From: Abditibacteriaceae bacterium
GTDB taxonomy: Bacteria > Armatimonadota > Abditibacteriia > Abditibacteriales > Abditibacteriaceae
Length of the DNA: 64,000 bases
Direction: 5' to 3'
NCBI GenBank assembly: GCA_965277285.1
Contig: OZ255721.1
Coordinates: 1,248,001 to 1,312,000 of the forward strand
Positions within the stretch are counted from its first letter, which is position 1. Every line of letters starts with the position of its first letter. Shown one piece after another: positions 8,948 through 17,940 of the stretch. The position numbers were made by a program, and so were the translations under genes. The notes under the pieces were generated by a model. That model saw nothing but the letters and a program-made list of their open reading frames with translations. It was not told where the DNA came from and ran no database searches.

Positions 8948-10696
8948 TCATTGACCAAGCATTCCGCCCAGCAAATCGCCCATCGTCATTACTTTACCGT
9001 CTGTGATGTCATCATCGCCGTGGGCGCCTTCGATCCAGCGCGCGTAAAGCGCATCAATTTGCGCAGCTTTGTCGGGCGCTTGCGACTTAAAAACGTCGCG
9101 CAAATTGTTGCCGTCCGCCAGTTTGCCGTTGAACTTCGTGTAATATTCGCGCAAGCTGGCGAAGAAACGGTCGTCGCCCAGCAATTTGCGCATCGCGCCA
9201 TAAAACAAGGCGCCTTTGCCATAAACAACCGCACCGTATTGCAATTCGTTGGTGTAAGCCGACGTTTTCAAATCGGCGCGCGCGTCGGTCGTCCCCAACA
9301 TTCGCGCAAAAGCGTAAGAACTTTTGAGGTGCGCGTCGCTCATTTCCTGCGCGCGGGCTTTGCCATAGCGGTCTTCCCAGTAAATCATCGAGGAATAATT
9401 GGTCAGGCTTTCATCGAGCCACGGCGCGCGCTGACTGTCGCTGCCGACGCCAATCGCCCACCATTGATGCCCGACTTCGTGCGCGATGGTTTCCTCGAAC
9501 AACGAATCCAAAATCGCTTTCTGCTTCGCCATCACATCGCCCAGCGGCGAGTTTCCAGTACTCGATTGTCCGCTGGAACCTCCGCCGAACATATTCGCCA
9601 AACCGCCCAGTTGCGCGCCCAAATCGCCATACAACATGGACGCGATTCCCGTCATGCCGGAATACTCCATGCCGCCCGCGCCGCCGCGAATCGGCGCTTC
9701 GGCGACCGTAAAAGTGCTGTAATTGTAAGGGCCAAAACGTTTGGCGTAAATTTGCAAAGCATGTCCCGCAATGTCAATCGCCTGATCGGTTTTGGCCGCG
9801 TTCGCTCTGGTCGTAAACGCTTCAACTTCGACTTGCTTTCCCGCGACATCGAAAGTTTTCGATTTGGTTTTATACTGATCGCTCAGCATGATGGGAAAGT
9901 CGCGCGTGGTTTCCGTCACATGAATTGAAGTGTTTGCCGATGCGGAAACCCAACGCACATCGGGCGCCGCGATGACCACATTTTTGCCAGTCTGAATCGT
10001 GACATCGTAATCGCTCATCTCGGCATAAGCGACATCGCCTAAACCTTCGGGCGCAGCATCAATCCATTGCCCGTTGCGGCGCACCGCCAGCGTCGGATAC
10101 CAGAAAGCGCCCAAGCTGAGGATGTTGTCGCCGAACGTATAAAGTCCGTAATCCGTGTTCTTCGGTTTGGCGGGCGCGTTTCCAGTACTCGATGCGCCGC
10201 CCAGCAAACTGCCCAGATCGATGCCGGACAACATTCCGCCCAAACCTTCGCTGCCCGCGGGAGCGCGCGGAACGTGACCATGCGTTTTGATGTTCAGCGT
10301 GAAAGCCGAAGTTTGCGCCTGCGGAAGTTGAACCTTCAAAACCGCGCCATTCAATTGAAACTTGACGGGCGCGCCGTTCATCGTGACCGAAGCGACAACG
10401 ATGTTGGGATTGTTGACTGTCGCGCCGCCGACGCCATCGGCATTGGCATAGAGAAAAAACGACACGTCTTTCATCGCGTCATTTGCTGCGACGGGAGCCG
10501 TGATTTGCGTTTCCGTTTTCAAAGTGAGCGCAGCGTAATCAACGCTCAAAGTGATTTTGTATTGCGGTCGCGCGATGTTTTGCAGCGCAACAACCGGCGC
10601 CACAATGGGCGCAGGATTCGCAAGCGGCGTCGCAGCATGACTGTTACAACCGCAAAGGCCCAGAAAGAATAAAGACAAAACCGAAAAACGTTTCAT
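8948..10696 (-). CDS. M1 family metallopeptidase, probable lipoprotein
   Basis: Lipobox-like LCGC, GGMEY exopeptidase motif, HEVGHQWW...WLDE, Y.KGA. Confidence 0.9.
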   Translation of the reverse strand: MKRFSVLSLFFLGLCGCNSHAATPLANPAPIVAPVVALQNIARPQYKITLSVDYAALTLKTETQITAPVAANDAMKDVSFFLYANADGVGGATVNNPNIVVASVTMNGAPVKFQLNGAVLKVQLPQAQTSAFTLNIKTHGHVPRAPAGSEGLGGMLSGIDLGSLLGGASSTGNAPAKPKNTDYGLYTFGDNILSLGAFWYPTLAVRRNGQWIDAAPEGLGDVAYAEMSDYDVTIQTGKNVVIAAPDVRWVSASANTSIHVTETTRDFPIMLSDQYKTKSKTFDVAGKQVEVEAFTTRANAAKTDQAIDIAGHALQIYAKRFGPYNYSTFTVAEAPIRGGAGGMEYSGMTGIASMLYGDLGAQLGGLANMFGGGSSGQSSTGNSPLGDVMAKQKAILDSLFEETIAHEVGHQWWAIGVGSDSQRAPWLDESLTNYSSMIYWEDRYGKARAQEMSDAHLKSSYAFARMLGTTDARADLKTSAYTNELQYGAVVYGKGALFYGAMRKLLGDDRFFASLREYYTKFNGKLADGNNLRDVFKSQAPDKAAQIDALYARWIEGAHGDDDITDGKVMTMGDLLGGMLGQ

Positions 10697-10762
10697 TCGA
10701 TTACTCCTCAACAAAACCACTCAACTGTCCGCGACAAACGCAAAAGAGAATTAGAGATAATT

Positions 10763-10790
10763 GTACGGGCGAGGCATGCCTCGCCCGTAC
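10763..10790. repeat. GTAS-flanked REP-like palindrome (family D)
   Basis: Perfect palindrome GTACGGGCGAGGCATGCCTCGCCCGTAC; related at 15216, 22065 and 24173. Confidence 0.65.
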
Positions 10791-10836
10791 GTTGCGCACA
10801 TTTCGCGGACTCATCCTATTTTACAAGGTTCAATAG

Positions 10837-12030
10837 ATGGCTTTAGACGCAATTCTTTTCGACGTGGACGGAACTCTGGTGGACACCAACGATTTGCACG
10901 CGCAAGCCTTTGAGCACGCGTTTCAAAGTTGCGGCTACAACGTCGCGCACGACCGCATTTTCCTCGAAATCGGCAAAGGCGGCGACTTCCTGATCCGCGA
11001 CTTGCTGGGACAAAGCGCCTTCGACAAAGATGGCGAACAAATCAAAAAACTACAGGGCGAAGAAGTGATCCGGTTGGTTTCAACGCATCCCGTCAAAGTT
11101 TTTCCACAAGTCCGCGAACTCTTGACCGAATTGCGTCGCCGCAAATTGAAAGTCGCCATCGCCACATCGGGCGAAAAGAAAGTTTTTGAAGCGATTTGCC
11201 GCAGCGCTCAACTCGATTTGCCATCGTTGGTTGACCTGATAACAACCGCCGACGATGCCAAACAAGCCAAGCCCGCGCCCGATATTTTGCAGGTGACGTG
11301 CGACAAATTAGGACTTTCCGTCGCGCAATGCGCCCTTGTCGGCGACACGCCACACGATGCCGAAAGCGCGCGCCGCGCCGGTGTGGTTTGTCTGGGCGTT
11401 CTCAGCGGCGGCAATAAAAGCGAAGTTTTGAAAAGTTCTGGCGCGCGCCGTGTTTACCAGGACACCGACGAAATCTTCGACAATCTGGATCGAGTACTCG
11501 AAAGCGCATCGCCAAGAAAAGTCAGCCTTACGCGCGAACTGCAAGAACATTTGATGAACGCAGCGCTCGAAGTCGCGCGTAACGGAATGCGTCACGGCGA
11601 AGCGCCAATTGGTTGCATCTTGGCGCGCGGCGATGGCGAGATCATCGCGCGCGGCTTCAATTCGATGAACACGTCGCAAAATAAAACCGCGCACGCCGAA
11701 ATCGTGACTTTCGCCAACGCCGCAGGCAAGGTTCCGCTCGATGCGCGAGATTTGATTTTAGTTTCGACTTTGGAACCGTGCGTGATGTGCACTGGCGCCG
11801 CCATGGAAAGCGCCGTTGATACGGTTTTGTATGCGTTGCCCGCTCCCGCCGATCAAGGTTCAACCAGAATCGCCGCGCCGCAAAGCCCCGAAAGCCAAAT
11901 GCCGCGCATCGTCGGTCGAGTACTCGAAGCGCAAAGTCGCAAACTCTTTGAAGGCTGGCTGCAGGAAAATGAAGACCATTCGGGCGCGCCTTACGTGAAG
12001 CAGTTATTGGAAGCGACGAAGGTACTCTAA
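10837..12030 (+). CDS. HAD-IA hydrolase fused to a TadA-like nucleoside deaminase
   Basis: N-term FDVDGTLVD, KP.PD, VGDTPHD; C-term GEAPIG, AHAE, STLEPCVMC. Confidence 0.9.
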   Translation: MALDAILFDVDGTLVDTNDLHAQAFEHAFQSCGYNVAHDRIFLEIGKGGDFLIRDLLGQSAFDKDGEQIKKLQGEEVIRLVSTHPVKVFPQVRELLTELRRRKLKVAIATSGEKKVFEAICRSAQLDLPSLVDLITTADDAKQAKPAPDILQVTCDKLGLSVAQCALVGDTPHDAESARRAGVVCLGVLSGGNKSEVLKSSGARRVYQDTDEIFDNLDRVLESASPRKVSLTRELQEHLMNAALEVARNGMRHGEAPIGCILARGDGEIIARGFNSMNTSQNKTAHAEIVTFANAAGKVPLDARDLILVSTLEPCVMCTGAAMESAVDTVLYALPAPADQGSTRIAAPQSPESQMPRIVGRVLEAQSRKLFEGWLQENEDHSGAPYVKQLLEATKVL

Positions 12031-12599
12031 GATTTCTGTTTGATGGTGTAGATTTCAATTGGCAAACCTGTTCCATCGTTGAATTTGGCTGCGGCTTCTA
12101 CAGCTTTGCGCGCGATTTCAGCAGCCGAGAAATCCAAATCATAAAGAACTTCCATTGCACCCAAAGCGAACTCAGAGCCACTGCCAAACGAGTAAAATTT
12201 TGTGTACTCTTGAACAGAACGCAAGGCATAAACGCCGAAGATGCCGTAAGGATTCGCGATGAGATATTGATGCTGCGAGGACTCAAACGGATCATCGCTG
12301 TCTTCGACGGGATTTAGGAAGTAATCGCTTTTAAGGGCCGGATGAATTTCTCGTGCCATTTCAAATACCGCTTGAGCCGAATCCAGTTTCAAAGGTTTTT
12401 TTGGCTTCGTGAGAACACTTTGCAAAACCAAGCCAAAAGAAGCATGGCCGACATGAGCGAAGTAATTTTGCTTGACCTCCACAATTTTGGTCGCAGTAGA
12501 AATGTACTCGGCGCTTTCATACAAACTGCCCAATTTCGTCATCGTATCGGCGGCAATGGCAATCTGACCTTCTTTTTTCACAACAACCACTGTTGACAT
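12027..12599 (-). CDS. Proteasome-beta/HslV-like Ntn hydrolase (BPH-like)
   Basis: MSTVVVVKK...IAAD, LK..YFLNP.ED.DDPFESSQ...LIANP.GIFGVY..R.V.EY, GSG.EFALGAM. Confidence 0.8.
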   Translation of the reverse strand: MSTVVVVKKEGQIAIAADTMTKLGSLYESAEYISTATKIVEVKQNYFAHVGHASFGLVLQSVLTKPKKPLKLDSAQAVFEMAREIHPALKSDYFLNPVEDSDDPFESSQHQYLIANPYGIFGVYALRSVQEYTKFYSFGSGSEFALGAMEVLYDLDFSAAEIARKAVEAAAKFNDGTGLPIEIYTIKQKS

Positions 12600-12621
12600 A
12601 AGCACGCTCCAAAACCTCAAG

Positions 12622-12672
12622 CATAACAAAAGGAACGAGTACTCAAATCGAGTACTCGAACCTTGTGTTATG
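12622..12672. terminator. Hairpin built from tandem palindrome copies, after the GT83 gene
   Basis: CATAACAAAAGGAACGAGTACTC AAATC GAGTACTCGAACCTTGTGTTATG. Confidence 0.55.
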
Positions 12673-12707
12673 TGACAAGTGTTCAAGAGAACTTGGCTTC
12701 TGGTTCT

Positions 12708-14456
12708 TTAACGAGGCGGCGTTTTGAGTTGCACGCGGTAAGCCATCATATCTTCGTGTTGAGCGAGAAGTTGCGCGGATATCGCTCGATTACTGAGCAA
12801 ATCGTGCAGCGCTACTTTTCTGGTGAATACAACGAGGCTATTTCGGCCTTCGCGCTGTGCCAGACGCAGGGCTTTCACCAGTTCATTGCGGCTGTCCAAT
12901 TCGACATCATCGCCCGTCGACATATTTTGAATAGGCGCGCCCTGGTCGTAATACACAACACGCCCGCCGCTGTAAAATACCGGCGCATATTGCCGGCCCG
13001 AGCGATAGAAAGCCATCTTCTCATTTGGCTTGAGTTGCGCTGCCGCTTCAGTCGAGTACTCGCCCAGGCTATAATGGCTGCTCAGGGTCGGAAACACGAA
13101 AACCATGCTCGCCATCGCGCCCAAGATCGCCAGTGCGGGAGCAAATACCGCTTTTGGTGCCCTGCCTTTCCACAATGCCGCGCTCGCCGCCAAGCCCAGT
13201 AGAATCAGCGCGATAGATAACATTTCCATGAGGTGAGGAAAAAAGGCTTGCTTGTGACGCAACGTCAGGCCCGCTCCGCCCAGAAGCGCCACCGACAACG
13301 CGTTGATCACAGCCGCTCCGCGCAAGGCTATGGTTTTCTCGCCGTTCCACCAGCGCTCGGCTTCGGCCCCCAAAAGGAGCGCCATCGCGGGAAAAATCGG
13401 CAAAATGTAGCCTGGCAACTTGGAAGTGGAAAAGGAGAAAAAAACGACCGGAACCAGGAACCAGATCCAGGCCAGCGCGAGGAGCGAATCGCGTTCGCTT
13501 TCCCGAGGTCGCAACGAACGAAGATGCTGTACCGACGGCCAGATAAAACCAATCCACGGCAGAGTACCAACGAGAGCCACAAAACCGTAAAAGTAAATTG
13601 GCTGCGGATGTTGATATTTGTTAGTCATATAGCGCTTGAAATGCTGATTGATGAAGAACTCGTCAACGAAAACGTGACCATGACGCAACGTCACAGGCAC
13701 ATACCACAAGCCCGCCACCACCGCGAAAGTCGTCACTGCCAGACAAAAGTCTTTGCCTGATCGTAAAATCGGTCGCCGCGTCCAAAAACCATAAAGGCCT
13801 AAAATAGCGACGACCAAAAAGATGCCGATCAAACCCTTGGCCAGCATCGCAGCCGCTGTAAAAATCGTGCACAACAACAGAAAACCAAGGCGCGCTTTGC
13901 CTTCGCTGGTCGAGGCTACAAAGCCAGACAACAAGGCCACGCAAAGAGTACTCGAAAGCACCATGTCGGTTGTGGCGGCAAAAGAAAAGCAAACCCACAG
14001 CGCGCTGGTCGCCAGTACCAAAGCGCTACTCACGCCCCAGCGCGTCCATCCCGAACGTCGCGGCACATAGAAAATAAAACCAATCGCCAGCAACGAAGCT
14101 ACAGCCGATGGCAAGCGCGCTGCAAACTCGCTCACGCCGAAAAAGTGGTAGGAACTCGCCGCCATCCAATAGTATAAAATTGGCTTTTCAAACCACAACA
14201 AACCGCACAAGCATGGCGAAATGTAGTCGCCGGAAAGGAACATTTCGCGCGCGACTTGCGCATAGCGCGGCTCGTCCGGCCCGATAAAAGCAAACTTGCC
14301 CAATCCACTCAACAGCGCAGTGACATAAAGCGCCATGAAAGCGAAGAACCAGGCGGCGCTACGGGAGAGATGGTGTAAAGAAGTTCGTGACGAAGAGTTA
14401 TGCAGCAACGCTTGTGTGGTGGCAGGCGACGCGGAAGGCGATTCTGAAAATTTCAT
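12708..14456 (-). CDS. ArnT/PMT-family (GT83) membrane glycosyltransferase
   Basis: DEPRYAQVAREM, EKP..YW, E.AARLPS, LAKG, SKLPGYILP; multi-TM. Confidence 0.9.
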   Translation of the reverse strand: MKFSESPSASPATTQALLHNSSSRTSLHHLSRSAAWFFAFMALYVTALLSGLGKFAFIGPDEPRYAQVAREMFLSGDYISPCLCGLLWFEKPILYYWMAASSYHFFGVSEFAARLPSAVASLLAIGFIFYVPRRSGWTRWGVSSALVLATSALWVCFSFAATTDMVLSSTLCVALLSGFVASTSEGKARLGFLLLCTIFTAAAMLAKGLIGIFLVVAILGLYGFWTRRPILRSGKDFCLAVTTFAVVAGLWYVPVTLRHGHVFVDEFFINQHFKRYMTNKYQHPQPIYFYGFVALVGTLPWIGFIWPSVQHLRSLRPRESERDSLLALAWIWFLVPVVFFSFSTSKLPGYILPIFPAMALLLGAEAERWWNGEKTIALRGAAVINALSVALLGGAGLTLRHKQAFFPHLMEMLSIALILLGLAASAALWKGRAPKAVFAPALAILGAMASMVFVFPTLSSHYSLGEYSTEAAAQLKPNEKMAFYRSGRQYAPVFYSGGRVVYYDQGAPIQNMSTGDDVELDSRNELVKALRLAQREGRNSLVVFTRKVALHDLLSNRAISAQLLAQHEDMMAYRVQLKTPPR

Positions 14457-14646
14457 AATACAAATAGATATTCTGCTCGTTTCACCGTTCAGACGCAACG
14501 TTTACACACAACGTTCAGCCACAATCAAGAGTATTCGGCATTTTCCTGATGCACTTTCCTTGAAATTCCTATCGGACTCACACAACAAATAGCTAACCCA
14601 ATTGCGCCGCTGTCCACTGACTTGGTAGAAAAACTGATTGACATTG

Positions 14647-14687
14647 CAAAAGGTTCGAGTACTCATATCGAGTACTCGAACCTTTTG
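14647..14687. terminator. Bidirectional terminator-like hairpin from tandem palindrome copies
   Basis: Perfect 18-bp arms CAAAAGGTTCGAGTACTC / GAGTACTCGAACCTTTTG with 5-nt loop, 13 bp past the stop at 14700. Confidence 0.7.
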
Positions 14688-14699
14688 ATGTTGCGACTT

Positions 14700-15077
14700 T
14701 TATTCAGCCGCTGCTTCGTCTAAGGCTTCAATGGCGTCGCGGATGCGGCGTTCGGTGATGTTCAAGTCGAGGCTCGAACGATCACGAACGATGTCGCGCA
14801 CCGTCGCATTGACAGTTCCCAAGTCTTCCATCAAGTCGCGCAAGATTTCCTGCTGCTGGCGCGAACGTGTCACTTCGCGCGGCTCGCGCACCAGGTCGCG
14901 CACCAGAGAATCTTCGGCTCGTGAAGCCACCAAAGGTTCGCTTTGTCCTTCGACATAAACGAAAGTGCGGCGTCCCGGCCCGCGCTCTTCCTCAATCGGC
15001 GTGACCGTCACAACACGGTCGCTGCGCACATATTTCCCGTAACCCAAAGGCACCAACACGCCCGTTTGAATTCGCAT
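14700..15077 (-). CDS. Hypothetical protein with weak RemA/DUF370-like N-terminus
   Basis: GGAG RBS; LVPLGYGKYVRSDRVV...GRRT recalls RemA LINIGFGN.V.A.RI...GRRT. Confidence 0.6.
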   Translation of the reverse strand: MRIQTGVLVPLGYGKYVRSDRVVTVTPIEEERGPGRRTFVYVEGQSEPLVASRAEDSLVRDLVREPREVTRSRQQQEILRDLMEDLGTVNATVRDIVRDRSSLDLNITERRIRDAIEALDEAAAE

Positions 15078-15165
15078 TTCCTGTCTCCATTTCGTCTGTT
15101 TTTGCTTGCTCGTTTCAGACGTACAGACAGCGCTTTCGCTCCACAAAAAGCCTTATAAAACAAAG

Positions 15166-15205
15166 AAAAAGCACGACTTTCGAGTACTCGAAAGTCGTGC
15201 TTTTT
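15166..15205. terminator. Perfect 40-bp palindrome centred on TCGAGTACTCGA with A5/T5 ends
   Basis: AAAAAGCACGACTTTCGAGTACTCGAAAGTCGTGCTTTTT, downstream of the M16 gene. Confidence 0.75.
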
Positions 15206-15215
15206 ATTCAGCTTA

Positions 15216-15246
15216 TGTAGGGGCGAGCCGGTGGCTCGCCCCTACA
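15216..15246. repeat. GTAG-type REP-like palindrome (family D)
   Basis: TGTAGGGGCGAGCC GGT GGCTCGCCCCTACA. Confidence 0.7.
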
Positions 15247-15253
15247 AATTGTT

Positions 15254-17935
15254 TTACTGCGGCATAACTACGGCTTCGGCGCTCGGGTTGGCGTCGCCCA
15301 GGAATTTTTGCGCGACGCGTTGTACGTCGTCAATTGTGACGGCGTTGATGCGCGCTTCGTATTGCTCATCGTCGCGGAAACCCAGACCGTAAAGTTCGTC
15401 GCTGCCTGCGGCTTGCGCCTGCTCGAGGTTGCCCTGCGTGTCAATCGCTTGCGAGGCGATCATCATGGTTTTGGCGCGCGCCAGTTCGTCATCGGTGACG
15501 CCGCTTTGCGCCATTTTCGTCACTTCGCCACGAATGATGTCGTGCACGCGTTGCGCGTTCGGCTTGGTCGTCGCGGCGTAAACAATGAAGGTGCCACGAT
15601 CTAAGTTCGATTGGTCAAAAGCATGAACGTCATAGACCAGTTGGTTATCGCGCAAAAGAGCGAATAAGCGTCCGCCGCCCAGATCAGCGCCCGCCAGTGC
15701 CGCGCCCATCACGCCGACCGCGTAACGATCTTTGTCTTTCAAGCCGGTGCTGGGAAAACCATAAAACTGAATCACTTGCGCGATGCCAGGTTTTGTCACT
15801 TCGGCGGTCGAAAGTTTGGTCAAAGGCGCGGCGGCAGAAGGCGCAACCGGCGCGTTCGCTTGCGCTTTCACGTTGCCGAACGCGTTTGTAATTGCGGCGC
15901 GCACGTCGTCCGTGTTCACGTCGCCATAAACCGAAACCACCAGTTGGCGCGGCTGCAAAACGCTCTTGTAATACGCGGCGACATCAGCCGAAGTCAGCGC
16001 GTTCAGCGTTGCGGGTGTGCCCAACGTCGAGCGGCCATAAGGGTGATTGCCGTAAACGGTTTTGCGTAACGCCAACGACGCGACGCTCATCGGCTCATCG
16101 TTTTGTTGTGCGATTTGCGCCGCGATTTGCGCTTTGGCGCGCGCCAGTTCATCGGAAGGAAATGTCGGGCGCAAAAGAGAATCGGAAAGCAACGACAGGC
16201 CGGTTTTCCAATCGCGCGACAGCCATTGCGATTTTAAACCCCACGAATTGTAGCCGCTGAAACCATCCAAACTGGCGCCCAAATTATCGACCGTCGCGGC
16301 CAGTTGTTCGGCGTTATGCGTCGTCGTGCCGCGTGTCAACATTTCCGCCAGCAAGTTGGAAACTCCGGCTTTGCTGGCCGGTTCCAGGCGCACGCCGCCC
16401 AACGCTGTGGCGACGATGGCGACGGTTGGCGTCGCATGATTTTCGCGGACAATCAAACGAACGCCGTTAGGCAAAGTGAACATTTGCGACGGCTTGATTT
16501 CGGCGCGCGCGGCCTGTGGCGCGACCGTTCGAGTACTCGAACGCGGTGTCACGAGCGCGACTGTGACGCCATCGCGCGACAGATATTTATTGGCGACGGC
16601 TTGAATTTGCGCTGGCGTGACGCTCTTGATGCGCGCCACATAGCGCTGCGAATATTCGGGATCGCCAGTTCCCATTTCGTCATAGGCGATTTGTTCGGCC
16701 TGATCTTCAACGTTGCTGCGCCCGAAAACAAAGGCGGTTTCGATCTGGCGTTGCGCGCGTTGCAGTTCGGCGGGCGTGACAGGTTGCGTTTTCACTTTGG
16801 CGATTTCGTTCCAGATCGCGTCCTCGACTTTGGCTTCGTCGTTCGGGTTCATCTGCGCGCGCACGCCAAAAATGCCCGCATTGTAATTGGGCGTCGAGGA
16901 AAAAGCGTTAATATCCGAAACCAGGTTGCGCTTCTCGCGCAGTTCGCGCACCAAACGGGACGATTCGCCGACGCCCAAAATCTGCGCCAGCGTATCAAGC
17001 GCGTATAAATCGGGGCTTTGCAGCGGAATCGTGTGCCATCCCATTTGCAGATAAGTCTGGCTCACATCTTTTTCAGCGACGGCGCGGCGTGGCGAAGTTT
17101 GCGTCGGCTCGTCGGGAATCGCAGGCGTCGAGGCGGCGCGGCGCGGCCAATCGCCCATTTTGCTTTGCACGTAATTCATCGCATCGTCCGCACTGATGTC
17201 GCCCGCGATGGCGACGACGGTATTTTCCGGCGTGTAATGGCTTTTGTAGTAGCCCAAAACGTCATCGCGCGTCAGGCGGTCGAAACTTTCGCGGAAGCCG
17301 ATAATCGGAAAACGCACCGGATGCACGCGAAACGCCGTCGCATAAAACAGGTCATTGAGTACGCGATCCGGATCGTCGGCGTCCAGGTTCATTTCGTTGT
17401 GGATGACGCCTTGCTGCGTCTTCACTTCGACTTCGGGGAAGTTCGCGTTCTGCATCATGTCCGACAACGAATCGACCGCTTTGTTGAAAAAACTGCTCGC
17501 CGTCGTGATGTGATACGCGGTCACGTCATACGTCGTATAAGCGTTTTCGTAACCGCCTATGCTTTGCATATCGCGCGCGATTTGGGCTTTGAGGCGCGTC
17601 GTGGTGCCTTCGCTGAGGTTGTGCTCGAACAAGTGCGAAATGCCCGCGCCCAGATATTGACCTTCGTAAATCGAGCCGGTTTTGACGTACATTCTGACGG
17701 CGACAACCGGCGCCGCATGGTTTTCCAGGACGAGAACTGTCAAACCGTTGGGCAAGGTTTTCTTGACAACGCTCGCCTGCGTCGCATTGTTTTGCGAGAC
17801 GGTTTGCGGCGCGATTGTTTCAAGCGTATTGCGCGCCAGCGCCATGTTTGGCGCAGAAAACGCGGTCGCAACGCACAGCGCGAGGAAGATCGAGCGGGTG
17901 TGCTTTCGAGTACTCGATGGGACGAAATGTCGCAT
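15254..17935 (-). CDS. M16 (pitrilysin) family zinc peptidase, exported
   Basis: Signal peptide, LPNGL.V, HLFEH inverted zinc motif, NAYT, duplicated M16 halves. Confidence 0.93.
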   Translation of the reverse strand: MRHFVPSSTRKHTRSIFLALCVATAFSAPNMALARNTLETIAPQTVSQNNATQASVVKKTLPNGLTVLVLENHAAPVVAVRMYVKTGSIYEGQYLGAGISHLFEHNLSEGTTTRLKAQIARDMQSIGGYENAYTTYDVTAYHITTASSFFNKAVDSLSDMMQNANFPEVEVKTQQGVIHNEMNLDADDPDRVLNDLFYATAFRVHPVRFPIIGFRESFDRLTRDDVLGYYKSHYTPENTVVAIAGDISADDAMNYVQSKMGDWPRRAASTPAIPDEPTQTSPRRAVAEKDVSQTYLQMGWHTIPLQSPDLYALDTLAQILGVGESSRLVRELREKRNLVSDINAFSSTPNYNAGIFGVRAQMNPNDEAKVEDAIWNEIAKVKTQPVTPAELQRAQRQIETAFVFGRSNVEDQAEQIAYDEMGTGDPEYSQRYVARIKSVTPAQIQAVANKYLSRDGVTVALVTPRSSTRTVAPQAARAEIKPSQMFTLPNGVRLIVRENHATPTVAIVATALGGVRLEPASKAGVSNLLAEMLTRGTTTHNAEQLAATVDNLGASLDGFSGYNSWGLKSQWLSRDWKTGLSLLSDSLLRPTFPSDELARAKAQIAAQIAQQNDEPMSVASLALRKTVYGNHPYGRSTLGTPATLNALTSADVAAYYKSVLQPRQLVVSVYGDVNTDDVRAAITNAFGNVKAQANAPVAPSAAAPLTKLSTAEVTKPGIAQVIQFYGFPSTGLKDKDRYAVGVMGAALAGADLGGGRLFALLRDNQLVYDVHAFDQSNLDRGTFIVYAATTKPNAQRVHDIIRGEVTKMAQSGVTDDELARAKTMMIASQAIDTQGNLEQAQAAGSDELYGLGFRDDEQYEARINAVTIDDVQRVAQKFLGDANPSAEAVVMPQ

Positions 17936-17940
17936 AAAAC

